64,000 nt of DNA, taken from NCBI GenBank assembly GCA_964016885.1, contig OZ024743.1, positions 48,422,001 to 48,486,000 on the forward strand, read 5' to 3'. Below the pieces are notes generated by a model that saw nothing but the letters and a program-made list of their open reading frames with translations, was not told where the DNA came from and searched no databases. Both the position numbers and the translations under genes were made by a program. Of the stretch, positions 45,047-58,107 are shown piece after piece; the stretch's first letter is position 1, and the number at the start of each line of letters is the position of its first letter. Source of the stretch: Eledone cirrhosa. Lineage: Eukaryota.

Positions 45047-45908
45047 CACATGTACACCAGCAGTGTGTATGTGCACACTACTGGTGTTCTACACCAGCAG
45101 TGTGCATGTACACACTGCTGGTGTAGAACACCAGTAGTGTGCACATACACACTGCTGGTGTAGAACACCAGTAGTGTGTACATACACACTGCTGGTGTAG
45201 AACACCAGTAGTGTGTACATACACACTGCTGGTGTAGAACACCAGTAGTGTGTACATACACACTGCTGGTGTAGAACACCAGTAGTGTGTACATACACAC
45301 TGCTGGTGTAGAACACCAGTAGTGTGCACATACACACTGCTGGTGTAGAACACCAGTAGTGTGTACATACACACTGCTGGTGTAGAACACCAGTAGTGTG
45401 TACATACACACTGCTGGTGTAGAACACCAGTAGTGTGTACATACACACTGCTGGTGTAGAACACCAGTAGTGTGTACATACACACTGCTGGTGTAGGACA
45501 CCAGTAGTGTGTACATACACACTGCTGGTGTAGAACACCAGTTGTGTGCACATGCACACTGCTGGTGTAGAACACCAGTTGTGTGCACATGCACACTGCT
45601 GGTGTAGAACACCAGTAGTGTGCACATGCACACTGCTGGTGTAGAACACCAGTAGTGTGTACATACACACTGCTGGTGTAGAACACCAGTAGTGTGTACA
45701 TACACACTGCTAGTGTAGGACACCAGTAGTGTGTACATACACACTGCTGGTGTAGAACACCAGTTGTGTGCACATGCACACTGCTGGTGTAGAACACCAG
45801 TTGTGTGCACATGCACACTGCTGGTGTAGAACACCAGTAGTGTGCACATGCACACTGCTGGTGTAGAACACCAGTAGTGTGTACATACACACTACTGGTG
45901 TTCTACAT
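45047..45908. repeat. 37-bp palindromic minisatellite (~21 tandem units plus inverted terminal units)
   Basis: Unit CACACTGCTGGTG-TAGAA-CACCAGTAGTGTG-TACATA, with no spacers. Confidence 0.97.
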
Positions 45909-47249
45909 CATTTCACTATACTAGGACAAGAGTTTTTATATAATTATGGAAATGTGTTAAAGCAATTGTTATATGGCCTTCACTACTGCAAACAATGCAA
46001 CTAACAAGTAGGATTACATGAAAAATCTGTTTTTCAGTCAGGCAAATATGAGTAAGTTGTGATGCATCTGTAATAATTATGAAATTGAGGTATGATGCAT
46101 TATTTCTTCTATCATGGCTGAAACCTATAGGAAGAATCAAGATGCTGTCCTGTGTGCTAATTGGGGCACCTGTCAATTTTATTGTCTTTTTACTTCTAGT
46201 GGTGAATATTTCTATCCATATAGTAACTGCTGCAGCAGCAGTAACCTCTGCTCCTCAGTTCTGGTTGATCTCATGCTACCTTCACTCAGGCTGCTCCAAC
46301 TCACTGATTTCTTATCTTGTCACCCATATTGTATTCACATTCCACCTTTCCTAGAATATTGTCCCCTTCCCAGAATTCTCTCAGCTGTCAAGAGAATATT
46401 ATGTACAGTCATAACAAAAAATCTTCTGTTGCTAGTTTTTTTCCCTTTCACCCTAAGACAATTTGCATGAGTTAGAACCCACAGAGAACATTGACTAGAA
46501 CTTAAAAAAATATATATATTTATTAGCATCAAGTAAATTTTCTAGGAAGGTATGAACTGGAATGCTAGTTTAACTCTTGATCCCAAAACACCCCTGGCTC
46601 TATCATACAATGCGTTTATTTTAAAGCATTTATATTTTTTAAAAACCCTCCTTCATAATTTCATGTAAGAACCTTTGTTTCAAACACCAGCTTAATCAAT
46701 ACAAAGTTATTTTACTAAAGCTTTCCTGAATCCTTGATTATTTTCACAATTATATGGAAATTAGAGGCAGTGTATTTCACTAGAAATATTCTAAAGGGAT
46801 AAACAGAATTTTGTGGAAGACAAATGATATGATTTCTCGCTCTCGCTCTCGCTCTCGCTCTCTCTCTCAAATCTGTAATTAATGTTCAGTGAATGAAAGT
46901 GAGTTAATGGTAGCAGTTGAATATAAACAATTTTGAGAGCTGAGTAAATTATTTGTTTGAAGGGCAAAAATGAAGATTACCTAACCAAGTCATTTGATAA
47001 GAATAATGATGCTTTCCCTCAACATTAACTGAAATTCAGAATTGTTTACAAACTGGAAAAATAAAATCATCTAATCTTTGATATTTTCATGATATATATT
47101 TTTCAACTTTGTATTATTTAACCCTTTTCATTACCATATTTCTAATGAAATACACTGTCTATGATTTCCAAATAATTTTGAAATATTAAAGAATTTGAAA
47201 GCATTTGACTTTCTCATTATTCAGCTGGTGTTTAGAGAATAACTTAATT

Positions 47250-47723
47250 GTATCAAGTGATATTGCTGCTACCTTACTTGATGAAAGCAAAACAACACAC
47301 TCAACATTCAAGTTACCATTGAATGTTACAAGAGTAGAGTCTCCTTCATGAAACATCAGAAAGATGCTGAAAGCAAAGCTTTTAGAGAAATGCTCCGTGA
47401 TCATATGTGATGAGGCCACAATGGCACATAAGTTATTTGAGGCCCTGGACCATTCCTTAACAGACATCAGAGGATGTAATGAAATCATGGTAGGAGTAAC
47501 GATGGTGCTTGCTGGTGACTTCAGAAAGATTATCCCTGTCATTCCTAAAGGCACAAGAGCTGATATTGTAAAAGCTTGCCTCAAAGTTTCAAGTATATGG
47601 CAACAAGTCCACCAATTACCCTTGAGGACATACATAAGAGTGCAGTTGTACAATGATACAAAAATTGTTACTTTTGCAAAACAGCTAATTACACTGGGTG
47701 ATCGAAAATCTGCAACAAGATGA
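47250..47723 (+). mobile_element. Helitron PIF1-helicase fragment (pseudogenised)
   Basis: AATLL..TTHSTFKLP, VIICDEATM, VLAGDFRKIIPVIPKGTRADIVKACLK.S.IW, with stops. Confidence 0.85.
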
Positions 47724-48786
47724 AAATGGAGACGTCGGTCTGCCATTTAGAAATGTCTACAGTCTACAGTCTCACCTCATACTGTAAACCAGACAACACA
47801 TGTAATACAGTCATTTTCTCTTGTATCGGTCTTCTCTTAGCATCTGTTTACCCAGGCAAATCCGGGTATCTCAGCTAGTTATATATAAACCAAGAATATA
47901 TCAATTTGTTGGATGTCATTACAAAACAAACTGGCTTCAGTATTTTAAAAAAAAAAACTTCAAATTTTCTAGAAACAGGATATTATATTCTTTTTTTGTA
48001 CATATCCATTTTTTGTTTTTGTAAAGTACTGTAGTTTTTTTAATGCATTTTGTAACTTTCTTTTTCTTGTATGTCATATATGAGCAAGTCTTTCTTTATG
48101 CCTGTCTATCTGAATGTTTTGATACCGTCATCATTTTTATGTCTGTGTTTCCATGGGTTAGATGAGTCTTCTTCAGCATAGGTTTCCTTGACTTGTGTTC
48201 TTTCATCATCTCTTACTCACACTTTCCTTCTTCTTCCTCTTCTGAGGCTTACCTTCTACTTGGAACTTATGGTGGTACTTCACCCAACAATCAACATACA
48301 TATGCATCACATTTCTATACCAGGACAATCTTCCCTCTTGCACACTGCACACAATTCCACTTATATCCTGTTTTTCTTTCAAAACATATTGGCATGTGAC
48401 TTTGAAATACAAAATGCAAAACAACTTAGTAAATTACCAAATCAGATATTATTTGCCTGGAAAAATATTAAACTTCATAAACATCTCCCTCTTCACTCTG
48501 ATTTGTTCACTTTTGGTTTAAATCTTTGGGTATTATCAATGAATTGATATTCTTCCTGCTAAAAGAAGTGGAGGGTCTTGTTATTGAGATAGAAAATTGT
48601 CAATTTCCATAAATGAAATGCCTTTCAAATATAGACTACCTATAGGAATAAGGAAATCGTCAAATTGAGCAATTAACGTGTTAATGGAGAACTGTTATTG
48701 ATTTTGTGTGTGTGTGTTTTGACAAATATTGATTAATTGGATGTGAGTTAAATTGCATTTTTATAATTTATTTTGTACTTTTGATA

Positions 48787-48866
48787 TTTGTTTTAAGCTC
48801 AGAATTGGGAAATTTGTTTTAAGCTCAGAATTGGGAAATTTGTTTTAAGCTCAGAATTGGGAAATT
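48787..48866. repeat. 26-bp tandem repeat x3
   Basis: atttgttttaagctcagaattgggaa, perfect copies. Confidence 0.95.
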
Positions 48867-49740
48867 CTTCAAGTAGCCTTCTGCACAGCCTTTTTAGCCA
48901 TTGCAATGTTAAATATTAACTGTTGCAAATAATTTTTAAATTGTTACTTGATAAAAACGGTTATAACATGTTGGAAATTTTAACCTGAAGAGATTGGTCA
49001 TGTCTGTTTGGTAGAAGAACCTTGTTAAAAAGATATTGAATCTCAGAAAAAGTTTCAGATACAAACTTAATAATAATTGATACTGCAAAGAAAATTTTTT
49101 TTATAATATTAAAAATTTTTTTTTTTAAATTTGATCTTATGCACAAAGTTTTAAGTTTATTGGAAAGGAGAATATGAAGTAGATTTCATACATTTACCAA
49201 GAGCATTGGCAGTGTGATGGAAATGTCTTTTACCAGTCTATTAACAGTGCTAGCTCAGTTTTAATATTAGTCAGATTATATAATTTAACATTGGAATTCA
49301 AGACAGGTGAGGTTTTTGGCAGAATTCAAACATAAGTTGGACAGGATATTGAGTTAATTCTGTGTTGCATGTTGAGCAAGTGTCTCCTACTTAGTCTCAA
49401 GTTGACTACTGTTTTGTGAGTGTTATTGAGTAGATGAAAATTACAGAAGCCTATCGTATAGGTGTGTGTGTTGATGTTTGCATCTGTTCCTGTGTTTATA
49501 TCCCATGATGTAGCTGTTCCACAATGAGAGATTGATAAAATATGTACTAGACTTGAAAAAAACAAAACAATTACTGTGGGTTGATATGGATGGCTAAGGT
49601 GGCCATAATCTAAAGACCGAAACCAATAAAATAATGAAAATAATGTACAATCCATGTCATAGCACCACTGATATATTTGCTGAAAGTCTGATACTAAACA
49701 TATCTGATGAACCAATAAGGGGAATAGTTGCCCAACTTGA

Positions 49741-49955
49741 AATATGATGAAAGACTTAATGTCACTGTCATTAAAAATATTATAATGAAAGGTTTTATGT
49801 CACAGTCATTAGAAATATTATAATGATAGGTTTAATGTCACAGTCATTAGAAATATTATGATGAAAGGTTTTATTTATGTCAGTCATTAGAAATATTATA
49901 ATGAAAGGCTTAATGTTACAATCATTAAAAATATAATCAAAGGTTTAATGTTACT
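49741..49955. repeat. ~39-bp degenerate tandem repeat, ~5 copies
   Basis: aatgtcacagtcattagaaatattataatgaaaggttt-like units. Confidence 0.85.
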
Positions 49956-50072
49956 AGTGAATATCTATAGGAAAGATATAAATAACTCAGCATGCCTTTC
50001 ATACCCTTTTCTTTAAATATTTTTAATTTCCAATATTTTATAGAGTAAATGTAAATTTCCAGAAATATAGGA

Positions 50073-51174
50073 ATGGAGTTTAGTGAGGAATTCCAGATAC
50101 AAGTAGGAGTACATCAGGGTTCGGTCCTCAGCCTGCTCTTGTTAATTATAGTCCTCCAAGCCATAACAGAGGAGTTTAAGACTGGCTGTCCATGGGAACT
50201 TCTCTATGCTGACGATCTGGTTCTTATAGCAGAATCAGTAGAGGAGCTAGAGAAGAAATTTTGGCTATGGAAACAGCAGTTGGAATCAAGAGGACTGTGA
50301 GTGAACAAAAGTGTTGATGAATAGAAAAGAGGACAAAACTCTGATTACATCAGGGAAATGGCCATGTTCGATATGCAGAAAAGGAACTGGCATAAATTCT
50401 ATAGAATGTACACAATGCAGATCTTGGGTGCACAAGAGATGTAGTGGGATAGCAGGCAAACTAACAGGTAGGGAGAAATACATATGCAGTAGATGTTCAG
50501 GGAAATTAGACGGTAGAAGTCGCATTGATAGGCACATTTTTGAAATGCAGGTGGGTGCTATAGAAGTGGTTGATAGCTTCCAGTACCTAGGAGATTAGAT
50601 TAGCATGGGGGGGGGGGGGGTCCGAGGCCAAAGTATCTAGAATAAGGACGGGTTGGAAGAAGTTTAGGGAGCTGCTTCCTCTGCTGATGAAGAAGGGTTT
50701 CTCCCTGCGTACGAAAGGCTGGTTATATGATGCATGGTAGTGAGACATGAGCAGCAACTGCAGAGGATATGCGACGGCTGGAGAGAAATGAGGCAAACAT
50801 GCTCCTTTGGATGTGCAATGTCAATGTGCGTGAACTACCCAGCATGGATGTGTTGAGAGAGAAACTGTCTGAGAGGGATAGATTGTAATGTGTGGGAGAG
50901 GAGACTGCGATGGTATGGACATGTGAGGCACATGGAGGATGACCGATGGGTGAAGAAGTACCAGGAAATGCCAGTTGAAGGAAGACGTGGTAGAGATAGA
51001 CTATGAAAAACATGGGCAGAGGTGGTGAGAGCAAACCTCAGATCGCTGAAGTTCATGGTGGAGATGACGAAGGACTGTGACAAGTGGAGAGATGCTGTGC
51101 TGAATAAGACCTGTCCCACCCTTGCAAGCAGGGAAAAGCGGACGTAAAATGATGATGATGATGATGATGATGAT
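50073..51174 (+). mobile_element. 5'-truncated RTE LINE, family C (decayed)
   Basis: GVHQGSVLS, YADD, PHD-like insert, WYGHV. The tail cccacccttgcaagcagggaaaagcggacgtaaaatgatg is shared with the SINEs. Confidence 0.9.
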
Positions 51175-53136
51175 TTCATGCCAGCATAGCATAACATATG
51201 TGAAATATGATGTAATTTAATTTATTTTTTTAATTCCTTCTACATATGACACAAGATTTCTATGTTATTTCTTGGTAGAAGTTAAAAAGAAATTGGAGCA
51301 CTCTGGTTGACTGGTTAGTTAAGTCTTCTCTCTTTTATCACCAACTGGCAAACTTTCATTCAACTACCTATTCAGTAACTATGGACACTCCTTGCAACCA
51401 GCTAAAATTATAATTGTTACTGAGAACCAAGCTAGAAGGAATGTCTTTCTCTTTGTTATTGAAATGAAGTTTTAAAATACTAAGCACGCACACACACTCA
51501 CTCACAATGTACCTCGGTCATTTATAGGCAACTACGTGAAGGTATGTGGCATAATGGTTAGGATGTTGGACTCACAATTATAAGATTTCTGGGTTTGATT
51601 CCTGGATAGGGAGGTACATTGTATTCTTGAGCTAGATATTTCATTTCACATTGCTTTTCTTGATAGGATTGAGGCTCATATCATTAAAACACTCAAGAAA
51701 CCTTCCATGAGAAGCAACTTTGGAGGAGGTCAGGTCAACTAAGCCTACATAGGTGTGAGCTGTAAATCTTATTTTTTGTCCTCATTTTACACACATAAAC
51801 AAACTCATTCTCATGTTCTTTGCAAAGCATCAGATAGATATTGCTTCATGGTCCCAGTGGTCAGAATGGTGAATATGTTACTCTGGAGGGTGGTGAAAGA
51901 AATATACTAGTAAAGTCACTTCAACAGATCTGAATCATTCTTGCAGATGGTCGTCTCTATCTTTACTGTAATAAGTAGGGAGGCAGTTTGAGGAGTGGTT
52001 TAGACTAGGTAGGAATTAAAATTAGTTTGGGTTTCTTCTCAAGTGCATACTGTTGTGTGTTGGCATTGGACAAAAACAACCTCTAATGCTTTAGTTTCAT
52101 GACTAGTACATTTTTTACTGGTCTTTTCTGGGTCTCAATACTTGTGTAAAAGGACATAAACAATCTGCCATTGTTATTTCTGTCATAGTCCCACGAGGTT
52201 AGCTTTGCCTTTGATTCTTATGAGGGATCTTATAATGAAGTACCAGTAACGCACCACAGTTGACTTGCCTCTTCCCGTCAAATTTCTATCCTTGTGCCAA
52301 AAGTAGAAACAATTTTACTGCCCTTTTTTAATTGAAATATCATATTTTGGTACAAGGCCCCTTGATAAAGAAGGCTTATAATGAACTAAATAATTTGACT
52401 TTTACATTAGTATATTATTAGTATATTATCATCGTTTTACGTCTGTTTTTCCACGCTTGCATGGGCTGGATGGGTCCTTCTCAGCACAGCATCGATTAGC
52501 ATTCATATGTATCACATGTCCATACGAAGATTGGATGTGTGTGTTTTGGGAGGATATGCTTTTAAAATTTGATGACATTTATTTTGTAACCAAAGTTTAA
52601 TTTTTTGCTATTTATTTTGTAAATAATTTTTAAATAACTTTTTTTTACATAATGATCATCAGTTGAATAAATGTGTCTTAACACATGGATATCTATTTTA
52701 CTGTATGGCTATATTTAACCCTTTCATTATCATATTTCTAATGAAAGATGTTGCCTATTATATTTAGGTCACTTTGAAAATAGTCAAGAATTTGGTGGGA
52801 TTTAATATAACTTATTTTCTCAATATCAAGCTGGTGTTTGGAGCATAATAAAGGCTCTTACTTAGAATGAAATGTTTTAGGATGAATATAAGCATTTTAG
52901 AATAAACTAATTTGCATCAGAGAACTAGGTGCAATATTAGGTGATTTGGTATCAAAAGGGTTAAGCAATCTCTAATATTTTTCTTCTTTTTTTTTTTTTT
53001 AAAGTACATTTTTATATATCAGTATTGGTAAAGTTTATTGGATTGTTTTTGGTCATTTAATATAATACCTTTCCCCTTCTCATACTCCTGAAATATTTAA
53101 ATGTCAGTTCTTAACATTAATTTTTATTATTTTCAG

Positions 53137-53238
53137 ATTGCTTGTAATATATTTCGAACACTACCACCTAATGATAATCCTGATTTTGACCCAGAAGAAG
53201 ATGATCCCACACTAGAAGCATCATGGCCCCATTTACAG
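53137..53238 (+). CDS. PPP2R5: Internal coding exon of PP2A regulatory subunit B56/B' (PPP2R5A/E-like, widerborst)
   Basis: Polypyrimidine tract ending tttcAG, then 34 codons [34 protein letters not shown], then GTAATA donor (phase 0/0). Matches the conserved B56 motif NIFRTLPP...[18 protein letters not shown]. Neighbouring exons were not found in the window. Confidence 0.95.
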
Positions 53239-53599
53239 GTAATAATTTCCATTTCACCTAATTAAAATGTTCACTTTTGCATCTATACATGGGCCCTTAA
53301 ATTCTGATGGCATTGTACAGACACTGTCATGGTATTTATATCTGGTAGAGTTCATTATTCTCCAAGCATAGCCGATTTCTTCCAGAGAGAGAAGACAAAG
53401 AAGACTTGACCTTTGTAATGGACTGGTATTTTATTTATTGGGCTCAAAACAATGAAAGGTAAAGTTGACTACAACAGATATACCACAAAGCATTCTTCCT
53501 GATATTCTAAACACTCTGCCTATTCATCATTAAATAGTAACTTTTTATTTAGTTCAGTGGTCCCAAACTGGATTCTACCCAAGCTTGTACAACTATCAT

Positions 53600-54189
53600 C
53601 TATAGTTAGTTATTCAATAAATTCTAAAATATTATTTTTGAAAATTAAAATTTAACATGCTGTATGTATTCCCGCGGGTACAAGCCGAAGCTGAAGCATA
53701 TAGACAATATGCCCCCCACCCTCCACGGAAATTTAAACCATAAGTAAATGACAAGATACGATGCATATTCACAAAATTTCAGCAAATTTCAATAATATTA
53801 AGACACCCTAGTGGGGGTTAAACCCCCTATTAGGCTTCCCCGGAGGCACAAACCCCCGCAGAAAATTTTTTTCCCTTCGATTTATATGAAATTTAAAACA
53901 TAGGTAAATGACAAGATATGATGCCTATCTATTCACAAAGGTTTTGAATTGATATTTTGAAAAAAAATTATTGACAAGAAACAAAATCAGAATAAGATTT
54001 AACTAATGTAATTTTGATTTGATATATTACAAAAAATAATGTTTTCCAATTTTTCATGTTACATTTTACATTGAGTAATATTAAAATGCAGAGTTTTTTT
54101 CCATAAATTATATCACTAATTTAAAATCAATCATCATTTTCTTACAAAAAAAATGTGTGAAACGCAGCAAAGCGCAGGTAATTCAGCTA

Positions 54190-54190
<1 letters not shown>
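53600..54190 (+). mobile_element. Non-autonomous Helitron-like element (3' end clear, 5' end uncertain)
   Basis: Ends cgcagcaaagcgcaggtaattcagCTAG|T. Internal ~37-bp direct repeat at 53728 and 53888. Confidence 0.6.
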
Positions 54191-54239
<49 letters not shown>

Positions 54240-54339
54240 ATAATAATAAATTTGAAGACTAAAATCCAAAGAGGGCTCGATAAGGATAAATATATATCAA
54301 ATATACAAGAACCGTAGAGCAAATATTTATTAAAATAAT

Positions 54340-54411
54340 AGATTAAAGTTTAAGCAAAGAATCGCTGCTTTCACCCTTAACGGGATCTTCTGAAACTAAC
54401 AAAGTCAATCT
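54340..54411 (-). ncRNA. Type I hammerhead-ribozyme-like motif (CAGAAGA core) in the Penelope 3' pLTR
   Basis: Identical, in reverse complement, to the 57506-57577 motif. Confidence 0.65.
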
Positions 54412-57400
54412 GTAAATGCAGAAGTGGATATTTCAAAAAACGTTGCAACCGGAGGAAGACAGGAAGACGATACTTTGGTTCGTGGAAACGTTCGCTGGCA
54501 AAGAACGGAAAAAAACGAATATAATACGTCATTAATAGGAGCGGTGAAAAACAATTACGCGCAAAGACAGAACCACGTTTATGGTATAAAAGAGGTCGTA
54601 GACTAATGTTCTCTTAGGTGGTTCATAGAGATGTTCTCTGGCAATGAACGAAAAAAAAATGAAGATAATACGTCATATGTGGAGCGTGGAGAACAATAGC
54701 ACGCAAGGACAAAACCACGTAAATGGTATAGCAGAAGTCATAGACTAAAATTCTAACTAGGGGACCGAAGGAATCTCCGCTACAGAATTAAGAACAAAGT
54801 AAATAAATACATACACGCAAACAATACGTACATACACAAGCATACGCAAAACACTTACCATAGGTATACAAAACCACGCACATATAAATGTGTGTGTGTG
54901 TGTATGCGTGTATACAAATAAATAAATAATTATATAAACGTATATAAATAAATAAATACGTATATAACAAGCGCACACACATACCTACATGTAAATACAC
55001 GAATGTTCGGAGACGTAAGTCAACCAAAATATGAAGTACACATATACACACACCCTACATACGTACAAACCAGCATACTCACACAGACGCAAAACTCCCG
55101 TATACAGAAAGCCAAACCATATGTACCCGAATATATAAAATTATACGCCATAACATAAACAATCAAATATACGTACGAGAAGGTATACGTATCTTCACAA
55201 AACTTACGGGTAATATATACTTACCTATGCAAATAAGTAAAGGTATAAACAAAACATATACTTAGGCTCCCGCATCAAGACGTAAAATATCCACGTATAG
55301 ATCGTACTATCCGTTAGGGTATAACGTGGGGCTGTAATACAGGAAAGTTTTGTGAAATTTATGTTTACAAGCCGAAATTGCCTCAGATTTTTTGTTTAAG
55401 ATGTGGTCTGTGGTGTAGAGTATTTCCAGGGCCTCAGCGGTGCAGAGGTCATACGGTCTTTTATTTCCGTTATACGATCTAGCCGAGCTAGGATCTCCCA
55501 GTGTAACTTATATTGGGTGTGGTTGTCTTTTAGACTCCAGATATAAGCTGAAAGTGACGTCATATACCTTCTTAGAGGGTAACGAAAAGAATGGGTATGC
55601 ATGTAAAGACGCTGCTTGAATCTATTGGCGGTTAACCCTATGTAGGCCCTACGGGACGTGGGTGTTACAACCTTACATTTGTAGACAATGTTACTAAAGA
55701 GGCATTTCCCGGATAGGGGGCAATCAACCCGATTCCTACAATTACAGTTAGTACTAACTACAGGGTTGCACGTGTTCCTACGGCTAGGTAGTTTAGCTAA
55801 ATTTGAAGCTGTGATGTTATGTGCAAGGTTAGGAGTCGTAGAGTAAGAAATTTTAATAGTATTTCTATTAAAAATTTTACTATATTTATGTGTAGGGGGA
55901 AAATGCTTCGTAATAAGGGAAAGAAAGATCTTAGCTAATGGTGTGGCCACCTCCATATTATATGGTGGGTTATACCAACAAATGCGATGGGATCTATTTC
56001 TTCTAGGTCTATTTTCGTACTCTGTATATGCTACCTTATCGACAAATCCACTTCGAGCAAGAGCTTCATTGTAATAAGTGGAATGGTCGTTGAAAATACG
56101 CTCGTTGGTGGAAAGACGGGAAAGCCTCAACGAAACGTTTCTTACCAGGTTCTTGGTTATGCTGGCAGGATGGTTGGAATGCTTACTTATGTAATTAAGC
56201 GTATCATTCGGCTTTCTATACGGGTAATACAACCCATTCAATAAATTGAGGGTAACGTCGAGGTAATTAACGACCGAGAGATTGGCCTCAACCTGTATAG
56301 AGAGGTTGAAGCCTTTAAAGAAGGCTGTGAGTTCTTTTCTGAACCTGTCGCAAGCACGAGGTCCGCACTTAGTCATGGTCAAAAGACCATCGTCACGGTA
56401 CAAACCCCCGCCCGCGTTGGGGAATTCATCCTTGATAGAGAAAAGAAGGAAACAGCTGATAAGATCAGTAACCTCCGCAGAGTCACTGGCGCCCATACTC
56501 ACATCGAATGGGGTACTATTGGATTTTTTTAATCCTAATAGTCATCAAAATTAATCACCGACTTTTGGGCATTGAGGATGACATCAACTTCGAAATCCTT
56601 AACCACTGTGAGTGTTTTAGTGAAATTGATAGCTCTAAGGAGAAGTGGTAAAGTGATGGAGGAGTAGTAATTGTTGATGTCGAATTGGATAAAACGGCAA
56701 TGTTCCTTGTTACATATGCCGTTGAACCAATCAATCACTGCGAAAGAATTGTTCCACAGTGCAAGAGGGGCCAAACTTCTAATTTCAGGTATAATTCTAT
56801 CAAGAATCGTTTTACTAAGTCTGCCTAAATCGGACTTCGTAGGGTTAATAAGCCGAATAGAGGGGTTGTTCGGAAAATTGGATTTGTGATCCTTCAGGGT
56901 AAAGTGGGGAGAAATAGGGTCCAGAGGTTCGGTCCAGTCCAGGATGTTGAGATCAGATGTGATTTTAAACCCAGCATTGTTGATTTCATTGATGACGCAC
57001 CGATTAGTTTTACGGTAATCCTTAGTTACAGCATTATGTAGCAGTTGATGGTAAGTACTGCGCTCCACTTGATATAGGTTGCCAGTTTTGTCGGAATGGA
57101 CGTGCACGGCATTAGAATCCTTAAACGAATTCTATTCTTCAGGTCCTGCTGGGAGGAATTGCTCCTATTCCGAAATTTGATACTCCGAATGAGTTCCAAG
57201 ACATCATTTTCGAAGGGTAGCAATGCTGGGTTACTCGGAGGGTTATTATAGGTTTTAAATCCAAATTTATCCTGTTTGTTGTCTGCTTTTCGCGGATTAT
57301 CGAAATAAAAGGCACACCAATGCAACCTTTTAATGAACGCGTCTGTTTTCTGTATCAGGAGTTTTAGGTATGTTTTCCTGCTAATGACGTATTATATTCG

Positions 57401-57505
57401 TTTTTTCCCGTTCTTTGCCAGCGAACGTTTCCACAGTACCAAAGTATCGTCTTCCTGTCTTCCTCCGGTTGCAACGTTTTTTGAAATATCCACTTCTGCG
57501 TTTAC

Positions 57506-57577
57506 AGATTGACTTTGTTAGTTTCAGAAGATCCCGTTAAGGGTGAAAGCAGCGATTCTTTGCTTAAACTTTAATCT
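57506..57577 (+). ncRNA. Type I hammerhead-ribozyme-like motif (CAGAAGA core) in the inverted pLTR
   Basis: Stem I AGTTT/AAACT plus distal AGATTGA/TTAATCT; core CAGAAGA; stem II CCC[GTTAA]GGG; GAAA; stem III AGCA/TGCT; site CUU. Confidence 0.65.
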
Positions 57578-57586
57578 ATTATTTTA

Positions 57587-57633
<47 letters not shown>

Positions 57634-57636
<3 letters not shown>

Positions 57637-58074
57637 TCATCATCATCACCGTTTTACGTCCGTTCTTCCACGCTAACATGGGTTAGACGGGTTGTCCTGT
57701 TGTGGGCAGTGTCCAGTCGGCTGACCTTGTCTTGCTAATAAGGGAACTGATTCTGGCTTGATTTCTACAGCTGGATACCCTTCTTAACACCAACCTCATT
57801 CACAGTGAGTGGTGGGTGTTTTTTTTTGTGGCGCCTACACGTCCACTTTACAGTGTGGGCTGGGTGCTTTTTTGCCGTGGCACCTCCACAACCACTTTGC
57901 AGTGGAATGATAGGTACCCCAGTCCTATCTTGTCATTTCTTCAGCTGAATAAACTGGAGCAATGTGAAATAAAGTGTCTTGCTCAAGGAAACAACACATC
58001 ACCCAGTCTGAGAATTGAACTCACAACCTTTCGATTGCAAGCCCAATGCTCTAACCACTAAGCCATGCGCCTTC
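57634..58074 (-). mobile_element. tRNA/CORE-type SINE carrying an RTE family-B tail
   Basis: Same head and body as 24813, but its 3' end matches 39487-39600 (catgggttagacgggttgtcctgttgtgggcagtg). Confidence 0.88.
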
Positions 58075-58107
58075 ACTATGTATATGTATATATACATAGT
58101 GAAGGCG

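Larger units (their letters stand above)
54240..57591 (-). mobile_element. Penelope-like retroelement (RT + GIY-YIG) with inverted pseudo-LTRs
   Basis: Frameshifted ORF pieces 57026-57325, 56535-57107 (DKTGN, LKDHK, RLINP, QFDINNYY) and 55396-56502 (YRDDG, NYLDV, NIVYK...YIGLT..FKQR). ~54324-54535 is the reverse complement of ~57380-57591. Confidence 0.93.

Noticed and set aside
45047-45908. CRISPR-like 37-bp palindromic repeats and overlapping ORFs
   Set aside because: Units are directly adjacent with no unique spacers, there are no cas genes, and the context is eukaryotic.
47364-47723. Host PIF1 helicase gene
   Set aside because: Intronless fragment with stops and Helitron-type motifs.
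54490-54748. ~143-bp-period degenerate tandem duplication
   Set aside because: An internal repeat of the Penelope 3' region, not an independent feature.
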